Virus record (IMG/VR): IMGVR_UViG_3300036715_003363
Strand: one strand, 5' to 3'
Length of the DNA: 64,000 bases
Source: a virus
The notes under the pieces are model-generated. The model was not told the origin of the DNA and made no database searches. It was given only the letters and a program-made list of their open reading frames with translations. How positions within the stretch are numbered: position 1 is the first letter of the stretch; each line of letters starts with the position of its first letter. Made by a program: the position numbers and the translations under genes. Shown here in pieces: positions 21,187 through 30,266 of the stretch.

Positions 21187-21966
21187 ATGTCCGCAAGAGC
21201 CACAACACAATCACAAGTCGATACTCAGGGATTCCTCAACAGAGTGGCGGTTGGCTCTGGAGTGATCTTGTCGACTCTTGACGCCATCAATCACTTGAAC
21301 TTCGCTCTTGGGATGGAGGCTCTAGGATACTGGCAATATATCACCTACTGGACACTTCTGCCCTCCCAGAATGCAGGGACGGGGACGGTTGCCTACAGTG
21401 CAGGAGGGGGAGGAATCTACGACGGGACACTGACTGCCGGCGCATCGTGGGGAGCAGATGGCCTATATACGGAAGGAGGGGGGATGACTATGCCAGTATG
21501 TTATAAAGATTATTCGAGTTCTACTTTTTTTATACAAAAGCCAACTGCCCTCAACGACTCGATAGCTGTCATGATGACTAATGGGGACAATAATGATGGG
21601 TTTAATGACATGACACAGGGCTGGATCAATAATGAATCCAATATCTCTTATTCCACTCTCTATCGTAGCTTCGGCGAGGGTCTTCCGATCCCACAAGATG
21701 TATATTCTGCGTGTGGTGCAAATCTGATAAATGATAGCTCTCTCATTACGTGGGTAAATGGCGTCATTCAGATACAAGGGGGAAGCAATTGTGATCCCTC
21801 TGCTCTCGAGACGCTTATTTCTGCCTTAGGTCAATCCACTAACGGCGATTACATATACACTGGTTATTTCCCCTTTGCCCTCATTGCCCGTGGTGTAGTC
21901 ATTAACTACGATTCTGTTTATGCTCTGTATAAATCCACGTTAGGATCCTCCCTCGTTCTCCCATGA
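21187..21966 (+). CDS. putative virion accessory protein, possibly LamG/ConA-like
   Basis: 259-aa ORF starting 2 nt after the spike gene; same C-rich codon bias as the depolymerase region. Confidence 0.55.
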   Translation: MSARATTQSQVDTQGFLNRVAVGSGVILSTLDAINHLNFALGMEALGYWQYITYWTLLPSQNAGTGTVAYSAGGGGIYDGTLTAGASWGADGLYTEGGGMTMPVCYKDYSSSTFFIQKPTALNDSIAVMMTNGDNNDGFNDMTQGWINNESNISYSTLYRSFGEGLPIPQDVYSACGANLINDSSLITWVNGVIQIQGGSNCDPSALETLISALGQSTNGDYIYTGYFPFALIARGVVINYDSVYALYKSTLGSSLVLP

Positions 21967-22136
21967 TCCACTTCTCTCCTATTTGCATACTTTTTGAACT
22001 AATGAACAAACTCACCAAAAAGAAAGACTACACTCAATCACATTACACAAAAATGATCCGCCCTCGCCGCTGCATATTTCTGACAATATTAGGCCTTGTC
22101 CTCCTCTTGATTATCGTGTCATATTTTACCTCGTAG
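21963..22136 (+). CDS. small single-TM membrane protein (57 aa; not in the ORF track)
   Basis: ATGA overlap with the upstream stop; ...KMIRPRRCIFLTILGLVLLLIIVSYFTS. Confidence 0.4.
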   Translation: MIHFSPICILFELMNKLTKKKDYTQSHYTKMIRPRRCIFLTILGLVLLLIIVSYFTS

Positions 22137-22318
22137 TACAACTCAGCACTCTGCACTCCCCTCCCGTTTCTTTGTACTTGTAAATATCAAAGGTTGGGTA
22201 TTTTCACATAAGTAACTACAGATGGATTCAGTAATATCTAAAATCATTAATAGTGAGAGCAGCTGCAGTTTTATCTCTTTCTTCTATTACCTGAGTGATT
22301 TAACCAATAAATAACTAT

Positions 22319-23182
22319 ATGGGAGCACTACCACGCAATTTTGTTGGATCTACAAACACAAATCCAAAGATTGTTACGTTTGATTCTCTTGCACAACGTA
22401 TTCGCCGACAACTCGGTGAACCTCTTGTTGAGGTTGAAATTGCAAATGAGCAAGTATACGACAATATCTCAATTGCAATTGAATTGTTTACTAAATATGC
22501 TGGATATACTGAAGAGTATCTTGTGTTTAAATCAGATTTATACGTGACAGGATATGGATTAGACGTTGCAACGATGATTAATCATACCCCTGAACTTGCA
22601 AGTACTGCTTATAACGGAGTTTCTGCGGGATTTGATGTAGATCTTAACGATTACAGAAGAGTTGTTGATTGCTTTGAGTTTAATTATGGTGAATCAACTG
22701 GTATTAACACTTTGTTTACTCTTGAACAGGCCATGGCGCAGCAGGTGTACTCATCATACATGGTTGGTAATTTTGGATTCGACTTAACCTCATGGGAAGT
22801 ACTGAAAGAGTTTATCAAGGATAGAGATATTTCGCTCGCTCAACGTCCTCGCTTTCGTTTTGACTTTAGAAAGCAGGTATTAAAAATTATTCCTGAGCCC
22901 ATTCCACAACAGCAGTATGTCGGAATTGTTGGTTGTTATATTGAGCGACCAGTTAATGAATTAATTACTGAGAGATGGGTATTTCGTTATGCAACTGCGC
23001 TTAGTAAGATTTCTGTGGCGAATGTCCGTGGTAAATACAAAGGAACAGGCATGTTTGGTGGAGGAAATGTCAACTCTGATGATTTTATGAGTCAAGGTAT
23101 TAGTGAAAGAGATAAACTTGAAGAAGAACTAACAACATCTTATGCAGACACCCTTGGTCCGTGCGGTTTGTGGCACGGTTAA
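22319..23182 (+). CDS. gp13: neck protein gp13
   Basis: LAQRIRRQLGEPLVEVEIANEQVYDNI...WVFRYATALSK...KYKGTGMFGGGNVN is the T4 gp13 pattern. Confidence 0.9.
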   Translation: MGALPRNFVGSTNTNPKIVTFDSLAQRIRRQLGEPLVEVEIANEQVYDNISIAIELFTKYAGYTEEYLVFKSDLYVTGYGLDVATMINHTPELASTAYNGVSAGFDVDLNDYRRVVDCFEFNYGESTGINTLFTLEQAMAQQVYSSYMVGNFGFDLTSWEVLKEFIKDRDISLAQRPRFRFDFRKQVLKIIPEPIPQQQYVGIVGCYIERPVNELITERWVFRYATALSKISVANVRGKYKGTGMFGGGNVNSDDFMSQGISERDKLEEELTTSYADTLGPCGLWHG

Positions 23183-23230
23183 TTTACATTAAGCTAGTTG
23201 ATACATAATAATCCAGAGCATAAATATAAT

Positions 23231-25312
23231 ATGCTCAAAAATATACAAAAAAAGTGTGAAGAATTATGGTTTGTAACAAAACCGGCTAGAATAAGAAGAA
23301 GAGAAAAGATCTTTCTTCCGGAAGAAGAAGAAATTATTTTGTCAACTAATAAGTGGACATACTGTACAGATTTTAAAGAAAAAGTAATGCTGTTAGCGTT
23401 CAATATATACGAACCGCTAAAATGTCCTATAACAAATAATATCTTCTCTTATAAAAAACCTCTATATAGACTACATTACACTGACGCACACATCAGGAAT
23501 AGGTGTTTTATGTTTAAGAAAAATACAAATATAATAAAAAACATATACACTGATTATAATATTAATGAGATTGAAACAATTCTGAGAAACACTAAACCTA
23601 CACAAATAATACAATACCCTCTTTTAATAAACCACTGCTTTGTAATGCTAAAAAAAGCAGGTATTAATATAGACGAGATAACAAGTAGTGAAGAAGCTTG
23701 TTATCTATATGCTAAAAATTATACCAATATACCTAAATGTCCAATTACAGGAAAGAACTGTGTTTTTAAAATATTATCAAACAAATACACAAAATTCGCT
23801 TCCACAGAGGTATCTCATATTGCAAACGGATTAAAAAATAAAAATAAAAAAAGATCTATTGAAGCAATCAGAAAACAGACTGAGACATTAATTACAAAAT
23901 ATGGTGCTAAAAGTGCTTTTAATATTAAGGGAGTGTATGAAAGAGGGCTACAAGTGCGTAGGGCAAATGCAGTTAATAAGAAGATTAATAAAGAACATGA
24001 AAAATCTCTTGATATAAGAACAACAGAGCAAAAAAGACTCGATACAATTAAAATTAAGTATGGAGTGAGTTCAATAAAAGAATATCACAAAAAATATCCT
24101 TTATCTGTGGAGAAAACTTTTATTAGAAAAGAAAAACAAAAAGAGTCTTGTATAAAAAAATACGGAGTATCAAATATAGGAAAAGTAAAGAGTGTTAGAG
24201 ATAAAATAAAAGACACCTGTATTTTAAAATACGGTGATCTCTGTGCTTTAAATACCGATGAACAAAAAGAGAGAAGAGCTCATAATAAAAAGATAGACAC
24301 ATATATTAATTTTAAAAGATTTGCGAATATATGTATGCCGATGTTTACTCTTGAAGAGTGGATATTAAAGTGTGAAGAAAAACTCCCATGGAAGAAAATA
24401 AAAACAGGAGAGATTTTTGATTGTAAATACTACGGGTATCCTCCCGTTGGGAGATTTAAAGGCACGACATTAGAGGAAACAATTTACGACATGCTTGATA
24501 TACTATCTGTTGAATATATCAAGCATGATAGAACAATCATTGCACCTCAGGAAATAGACATTTATATTCCAAGCATAAAATTAGGCATTGAATGTAATGG
24601 AGAATATTTTCATTCAGAGATTTCAAAAAGCGCAAGTTATCACATTGATAAGACCAATAGTGCAAAAAAAGCAGGTGTTCGACTTATACATTTTTTTGGA
24701 AAACATATTACACAGAATTCTAAAGTTGTTTACAACATCTTAAGATCGATTATAAAAGGAAATAATATTAAAATAGCGGCACGAAAATGTGAAATAGTTA
24801 ATTTATCTCAGGTAACAGCAAGAAATTTTTTTGAAAAATATCACTTAAGCGGATTTTGTGGAGCAAAAATACATTTAGGTCTAATGTATAAAAACAGGCT
24901 AATATCAGCGTTATCAGTAGGCAAAGATAGATTTAACAAAAATAACGAACTTGAAATTATTAGATATGCAATAATGAATAATGTTACCGTTGTTGGAGGT
25001 TTCGAAAAACTGCTATCACAGATTAAAAGAATATATACAGGTGTAATTTTACACACATATGCTGATATAAATGTGTTTACAGGGAATGTTTATCGTCGCG
25101 CTGGTTTTAATTTTGTTAATACTACACCTCCTGATTACTACTATGCAAAAGGTTGTCAATATTTATCTCGCTATAAAACACAGAAACATAAATTAAATAA
25201 ATTGTTGAAAGACAAATTTAATAAAAATGAAACTGAGGAAGAGAATATGAAGAGGTGTGGATTCTACAAGGTTTATGGGTGCGGCAGCACTCATTACACA
25301 ATACAACTGTGA
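23231..25312 (+). CDS. Hef-like homing endonuclease (DUF559-type nuclease motif)
   Basis: EIDIYIPSIKLGIECNGEYFH nuclease motif; ARKCEIV...HLSG...YAD...GNVY..AGF...GCG Hef-like C-terminus; KCPIT x2 and KYG repeats. Start placed at ATG 23231, 4 nt after TAAATA. Confidence 0.8.
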   Translation: MLKNIQKKCEELWFVTKPARIRRREKIFLPEEEEIILSTNKWTYCTDFKEKVMLLAFNIYEPLKCPITNNIFSYKKPLYRLHYTDAHIRNRCFMFKKNTNIIKNIYTDYNINEIETILRNTKPTQIIQYPLLINHCFVMLKKAGINIDEITSSEEACYLYAKNYTNIPKCPITGKNCVFKILSNKYTKFASTEVSHIANGLKNKNKKRSIEAIRKQTETLITKYGAKSAFNIKGVYERGLQVRRANAVNKKINKEHEKSLDIRTTEQKRLDTIKIKYGVSSIKEYHKKYPLSVEKTFIRKEKQKESCIKKYGVSNIGKVKSVRDKIKDTCILKYGDLCALNTDEQKERRAHNKKIDTYINFKRFANICMPMFTLEEWILKCEEKLPWKKIKTGEIFDCKYYGYPPVGRFKGTTLEETIYDMLDILSVEYIKHDRTIIAPQEIDIYIPSIKLGIECNGEYFHSEISKSASYHIDKTNSAKKAGVRLIHFFGKHITQNSKVVYNILRSIIKGNNIKIAARKCEIVNLSQVTARNFFEKYHLSGFCGAKIHLGLMYKNRLISALSVGKDRFNKNNELEIIRYAIMNNVTVVGGFEKLLSQIKRIYTGVILHTYADINVFTGNVYRRAGFNFVNTTPPDYYYAKGCQYLSRYKTQKHKLNKLLKDKFNKNETEEENMKRCGFYKVYGCGSTHYTIQL

Positions 25313-25764
25313 TGGCAGGTAAAGCTCGATCAAGATTTAAACAAGGATTATTCCAGATCCAAAATAAAGACAAATATAAAGGAACAACTCCGATTATTTA
25401 TAGGTCAAGCTATGAGCTAAAATTTATGAGGTGGGCAGATGCAAATCCTAATGTTGTTCAGTGGGGATCTGAGTCAATTATCATTCCGTATCACAATCCT
25501 CTCACTGGAAGAGTACATAGATATTTTGTTGACTTTAATATCACGATTAAACAGAATGATAGCACCCTTAAAAAATTTCTTGTTGAAATAAAACCTGATA
25601 TTCAAACAAGACCTCCCATTGCAAAAAGACATTGTAAGGGATTGCTTAGAAAGCAGGCAGAGTATGTAAAAAATAAGGCAAAATGGATAGCAGCCGAAGC
25701 GTTTGCAAAAAAACACAATTCGGAGTTTCACGTTATAACTGAAAAGCATCTTAACATTAAATAA
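25312..25764 (+). CDS. gp4: head completion nuclease gp4 (TnsA-like)
   Basis: KYKG...IIYRSSYELKFMRWAD.NPNVVQWGSESIIIPY...HRYFVDF...EIKP. Start refined to ATG 25312, overlapping the upstream TGA. Confidence 0.92.
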   Translation: MAGKARSRFKQGLFQIQNKDKYKGTTPIIYRSSYELKFMRWADANPNVVQWGSESIIIPYHNPLTGRVHRYFVDFNITIKQNDSTLKKFLVEIKPDIQTRPPIAKRHCKGLLRKQAEYVKNKAKWIAAEAFAKKHNSEFHVITEKHLNIK

Positions 25765-25840
25765 TACATCAGTCCAGAAGATTATAAAAAAGAATAAGTA
25801 TATGTTTTATAAGGTAAACCGTGAAATTGATCACATCTTG

Positions 25841-25848
25841 TATAAATA
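25841..25848 (+). promoter_or_regulatory. T4-type late promoter TATAAATA upstream of the head genes
   Basis: Exact match to the T4 gp55 late consensus, 13 nt before the gp21 ATG. Confidence 0.75.
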
Positions 25849-25861
25849 AGTATATAAACAT

Positions 25862-26536
25862 ATGGGACTTAAATTCTTAGTTGAAGATTGTCATGAAGGT
25901 CTCGATTTCTTAATCGAGGAAAAAAATAAAGACGCAGAACGTAAAGTTTACATTACCGGCGTCTTCATGATGCACAGTAAACAAAATCAAAACGGTCGTA
26001 TCTACGAAAGCGTAGAAATGACCAAGGAGGTCGAGCGTTATACTAACCAAATGATCAAAACTCGCCGCGCAATTGGCGAAATGAATCACCCTCAATCAAC
26101 TGAGGTTAATCCAATCAACGCATGTCACCTTGTTACTGAGTTAAAACAAAAGGACAACTATTTTCTTGGTAAGTCTCAAGTGCTCTCTACTCCAATAGGA
26201 CAATTGCTAAAGTCACTTATTAGTGATAATATTCAGATGGGTATATCCACAAGAGGTCTTGGTAATGTTACTGAATCAGTATCAGGAAAGAATGTAAAAG
26301 ACTTTCACCTTATCTGTCTCGATGTTGTTCATCAGCCATCTGTTCAAGATGCAATGCTTGAGTCCATTATGGAGTCAAAAGAGTGGATGGTAAAGCCTGA
26401 TGGATCAATTATCGAGTGCGCAGAAAGATCTTATAAAGAGCTTGAAAGAAATCTTCAGAGTCTACCTAAACACGGAACAGATCAATTCTTAAAAGAATCT
26501 CTTCTTCATTTTATTAACATGCTTAAGGCAGCCTAA
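25862..26536 (+). CDS. gp21: prohead protease gp21
   Basis: YITGVFMMHSKQNQNGRIY, AIGEMNHP and MGISTRGLG contain the catalytic His/Ser motifs. Confidence 0.95.
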   Translation: MGLKFLVEDCHEGLDFLIEEKNKDAERKVYITGVFMMHSKQNQNGRIYESVEMTKEVERYTNQMIKTRRAIGEMNHPQSTEVNPINACHLVTELKQKDNYFLGKSQVLSTPIGQLLKSLISDNIQMGISTRGLGNVTESVSGKNVKDFHLICLDVVHQPSVQDAMLESIMESKEWMVKPDGSIIECAERSYKELERNLQSLPKHGTDQFLKESLLHFINMLKAA

Positions 26537-26540
26537 ATTT

Positions 26541-26693
26541 ATGTCACAACAAGAAACAAAAGCAATCAAACAATTTATTGGCGACATCGCCCGTAAAGAT
26601 TATTCTCAAGCACAAGCTAGCCTGCAAGCATGTGTAGTTGAAAAAATTAAAACAAAAGTGCGTAATTCAATTGCAATATCTGCTAAAAATTAA
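26541..26693 (+). CDS. small prohead core protein candidate (50 aa; not in the ORF track)
   Basis: MSQQETKAIKQFIGDIARKDYSQAQASLQACVVEKIKTKV...; lies between gp21 and gp22, similar to gp67/68-type small core proteins. Confidence 0.6.
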   Translation: MSQQETKAIKQFIGDIARKDYSQAQASLQACVVEKIKTKVRNSIAISAKN

Positions 26694-26726
26694 CTACTCA
26701 GGCATAAATAATATTACACTATAAAT

Positions 26727-27674
26727 ATGAACTTTAAGTCAATTCTCAAGGAGCAATTTAAGGACCTCATCACAGAGGAAACTCTTACAGCCGTACACGA
26801 AGCGTTCGAAGCCGCTGTAAAAGAGAAAGCAAAACTTCAGTTAGAAGATTATTCTGTTCGTCTAGACGAAGAACACTCCGAAAAACTTCAGTCGCTTGTT
26901 GAGGCTATTGACGCCGATCACACTGCAAAAATGCAGAAGCTTGTTGAGACAATTGATTTTGATCACTCACAGAAGTTTCAAAAAGCAATTACAAAACTTG
27001 ACGAAAAGCACACTGGTATGCTTCAGCAGATCGTTAAAAAGTACCAGATAATTTTGAAGGAAGAAGTTGAGACATATCGCACAACATTAGTTGAGGGTGT
27101 TTCAAATTACATCGATCTTTATCTTGAGAAAGCTATTCCAGCTGATCAGATTAATGAAGCAGTGGAGAATACAAAAGCTCGCAAGACTCTTGTAGCTATT
27201 CGCCAGCTTGTATCCATCGATGAAGAGTATATTGACAATGAAGTCAGAGAAGCTCTTCAAGATGGAAAGAAAACAATTGACTCTCTTAAGAGAGAGTTGA
27301 ATGAGTCAGTAGAAGCAAATGCTAAAATCAACAATAAGTTGAGCAAAGCAGAGGCTTCCTTGCTTATTGAAAGCAAGACTAAGGACCTACCTACAAACGC
27401 AAAAGCATATGTTACTAAGCTTTTGAAGGGTAAGAGCCCGGAGTATATTCAAGAGAACTATCAGTACGTAGTTGAGATGTTTGAGAGAGAGATCTCCGAA
27501 CAAGAAGACAGTGCCCGCGAGGGTATTGCAGATCGCATCGTTAAATCGGTGGATCGTCCGGAAACGGACCTTCTTGAAGAGGAAATTTCTTCCTATCCGC
27601 AAGCCCTTGAGCCTGCGGTAGGCGGATATCTGAATGAGATGAAGCGCATCGACGGATCAAAACTCCGCAGATAA
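26727..27674 (+). CDS. gp22: prohead core scaffold gp22
   Basis: Acidic coiled-coil protein directly before gp23; LVEGVSNYIDLY motif. Confidence 0.9.
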   Translation: MNFKSILKEQFKDLITEETLTAVHEAFEAAVKEKAKLQLEDYSVRLDEEHSEKLQSLVEAIDADHTAKMQKLVETIDFDHSQKFQKAITKLDEKHTGMLQQIVKKYQIILKEEVETYRTTLVEGVSNYIDLYLEKAIPADQINEAVENTKARKTLVAIRQLVSIDEEYIDNEVREALQDGKKTIDSLKRELNESVEANAKINNKLSKAEASLLIESKTKDLPTNAKAYVTKLLKGKSPEYIQENYQYVVEMFEREISEQEDSAREGIADRIVKSVDRPETDLLEEEISSYPQALEPAVGGYLNEMKRIDGSKLRR

Positions 27675-27742
27675 TTTAACGTTCATCTTTACACAGGTCG
27701 AAAACTCTTCTTATGAAGAGATAAAAGAAAACTATTTAAACT

Positions 27743-29191
27743 ATGGAAAATCTCCTTCACATTAATAAAACAGCTGCAGAGCGTCTTGTAGAGAAGTGGA
27801 GCCCAGTTCTGGACTACACATCAAACAAGGTTTCTGCAATTGAAAGCGATCACACACGTCTGAACACTGCTATTCTTCTGGAAAACCAGGAGAAGTGGTG
27901 CTTTGAGGCTAGCAATGCCGCAGGTGGATCTGGATCAGTATTCGGTGCTAACACTGGATATGCAAATTCAACAATCCCAACCAGCGATACATATGCTACT
28001 GGTGATGCACGTCTGCCAAAGGTTCTTATCCCAATGATTCGTCGTACTTTCCCTGAGCTCATCGCAAATGAGATCGTGGGTGTACAGCCAATGACTGGGC
28101 CAGTTGGATTAGCATTCGCAATGCGTTATAAGTACGAGAGCTCAGCTCTCGGATACCCTTCTAACGGCGGCGATGGTAACAACGCAAGCGGACCAACAGC
28201 AGGTGCAACAGCTTCCTCACAAGGTAAAGAAATCGGGTATAACTACCTGAACACTGCCTTCACAGGAACTTCATCAGCATCCCTCTCAGGACTTCCTGGA
28301 GTTTGGGACAACATTTCTGAAGATGCCGGCGTAGCCGCTATCCTCAGTCAGTTTGAGCTCAGCTCACAGATTCCTCAGATGACTGTATCGTTCGAAAAGA
28401 CCGCAGTTGAAGCCGGCACACGCCGTCTCGCAGCTAAGTGGTCTGTTGAACTTGAACAAGATTTGAAAAACATGAATGGTATCGATATCGATGCTGAGCT
28501 TACAAACGCAATGTCCTACGAAATCCAGGCTGAAATCGACCGCGAGATGATCGCGCGTATGATTCAGACCTGCCTAAACGCTGGATCTGGTGTTGGTTAC
28601 TCAACTTGGTCCGCGATCTCGGCTGATGGCCGTTGGTCCGGAGAGCGCGCTCGTGACTTCTACAACAGAATCGTTGTTGAGGCTAACCGCGTTGCTGTTC
28701 GCAATCGTCGTGGTGCAGCTAATTTCATTATTGGCACACCTCGTATCTGCGCGATCCTCGAGACTCTACCAAACTTCACATGGCAGCCCGTAACTGGCTC
28801 TGTTAACACTACACCTGTTGGCATTGCTAAGGTCGGCGCAGTCGGTGGACGTTTCCAAATCTACCGTGATACCCGTACAGAAGCTGAAGTCAACTCTGGA
28901 TACAATCCAGCTGGCAAAGGCTACGGAACAGTTCGCAGCAATCCTATCGATTACGCACTCTTGGGCTATAAAGGTCCAGAGTATTATGACACCGGAATTG
29001 TGTACTGTCCGTATATTCCTGTAATGGTACAGAGAACAATTGGTCCTAATGACTTCTCACCAAGAGTTGGTCTCTTGACACGTTATGGTGTCGTAGATCA
29101 CATCTTTGGCGCAAATCTATATTACCACCTTGTTATCTGCACCGGTCTCGGTCAACAGTTCACACCTGGGTCAGTCGCTGTCTACTTGTAA
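27743..29191 (+). CDS. gp23: major capsid protein gp23
   Basis: LVEKWSPVLD, IVGVQPMTGPVGLAFAMR, RRLAAKWSVELEQDL and YCPYIP...RYG signatures. Confidence 0.98.
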   Translation: MENLLHINKTAAERLVEKWSPVLDYTSNKVSAIESDHTRLNTAILLENQEKWCFEASNAAGGSGSVFGANTGYANSTIPTSDTYATGDARLPKVLIPMIRRTFPELIANEIVGVQPMTGPVGLAFAMRYKYESSALGYPSNGGDGNNASGPTAGATASSQGKEIGYNYLNTAFTGTSSASLSGLPGVWDNISEDAGVAAILSQFELSSQIPQMTVSFEKTAVEAGTRRLAAKWSVELEQDLKNMNGIDIDAELTNAMSYEIQAEIDREMIARMIQTCLNAGSGVGYSTWSAISADGRWSGERARDFYNRIVVEANRVAVRNRRGAANFIIGTPRICAILETLPNFTWQPVTGSVNTTPVGIAKVGAVGGRFQIYRDTRTEAEVNSGYNPAGKGYGTVRSNPIDYALLGYKGPEYYDTGIVYCPYIPVMVQRTIGPNDFSPRVGLLTRYGVVDHIFGANLYYHLVICTGLGQQFTPGSVAVYL

Positions 29192-29223
29192 TTCAACGAG
29201 TTACAAAGTAACACAAATCAAAG

Positions 29224-29256
29224 AAAGCTCCTTCGAAAGAAGGAGCTTTTCTTTTT
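29224..29256 (+). terminator. intrinsic terminator after gp23
   Basis: 11-bp stem AAAGCTCCTTC/GAAGGAGCTTT with a GAAA loop and a T-rich tail. Confidence 0.9.
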
Positions 29257-29273
29257 GTATAATATCATAATAT

Positions 29274-29401
29274 CACCAAAGAATTTAAATCATTAATTGT
29301 GTAAAGATAAATATAACATATAATATTATTTTAAGAATTATCATCACTAAAGAATTTAATAAAATGCAAAATAATAAAAACCACACCAAAGAATTTAAAT
29401 C
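29274..29401 (+). repeat. three short direct repeats CAC(C/T)AAAGAATTTAA
   Basis: Copies at 29274, 29345 and 29384, with a degenerate fourth at 29423. Confidence 0.8.
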
Positions 29402-30266
29402 TGATAAAGAAGGTCACAAATTTACAAAAGAATATAAACTTAGAGTTGTTGCCTATCATGAAGAACATGATAAAGATTTAGCAGAAACAATTGAGTGGGT
29501 CAGAATTAAACATCCTTGTGCGAGTAATCATATTATAAGATCTTGGGTTGATCCTGTCTTTGCTGAAAAAGTAAGAGTACGATCGAACGCAGCAAACAAA
29601 AAATGGCAGATTAAAAATCCTGTAAAGTATGAAGATTATTGTAAGGGTAGAAAATTTTCCGAAGAGTATAAAAGCTCTGTTAATGAGTTTTATAAAAACA
29701 ACAATAACAGTATTGCAATAACAATAAAGCATGTAAGAGATCAATTCCCTGGTACTAATACTAGAACGGTAAAAATGTGGATTGATAAAGAATATGCAAA
29801 AAAGGAGTATGCAAAACTTAAAAAATATAATCAAAATTGGAATAATCAAAATAAAGATCGTGTTCGCGAATATGACCGCCTAAGGCGAGCTGCTAACCCT
29901 GGCAAAACTTTAGCTCGAATAAAAGAGCGTAAGAAAATTGATATAGGATTTAGAATACTTGAAAATATGAGAGTATATCTATACCAACAGCTTAAAAGAG
30001 CACACGGAGGAATACCAATTAAAAAATCGCAGAAAACTATTGAATATATTGGATGTACAAGAGATGAGCTTAATGAACATTTACGTAAACAATATAAGCT
30101 GGGTATGACAGATGAAAATTACGGGTCTTGGCATGTTGATCATATTATTCCATGTAGCTTGTTTGATTTGACAGATTTTGAGCAAGCAAAGAAGTGTTTT
30201 CATTATACTAATCTCCAACCACTCTGGGCTGTAGAAAATCTTAAAAAATCAAACAATATATTGTAA
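29364..30266 (+). CDS. HNH endonuclease with two N-terminal HTH-like repeats
   Basis: WHVDHIIPCSLFDL...CFHYTNLQPLWAVENLKKSN is an HNH motif. Confidence 0.88.
   Translation: MQNNKNHTKEFKSDKEGHKFTKEYKLRVVAYHEEHDKDLAETIEWVRIKHPCASNHIIRSWVDPVFAEKVRVRSNAANKKWQIKNPVKYEDYCKGRKFSEEYKSSVNEFYKNNNNSIAITIKHVRDQFPGTNTRTVKMWIDKEYAKKEYAKLKKYNQNWNNQNKDRVREYDRLRRAANPGKTLARIKERKKIDIGFRILENMRVYLYQQLKRAHGGIPIKKSQKTIEYIGCTRDELNEHLRKQYKLGMTDENYGSWHVDHIIPCSLFDLTDFEQAKKCFHYTNLQPLWAVENLKKSNNIL

Noticed and set aside
25782-25812. Inverted repeat TTATAAAA...TTTTATAA before gp21
   Set aside because: All-AT 8-bp stem with a long loop, expected by chance in this composition.
10972-29191. Introns or inteins in portal, protease or capsid genes
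   Set aside because: Reading frames are continuous with expected lengths and motifs; no intein splice residues or embedded endonuclease seen.
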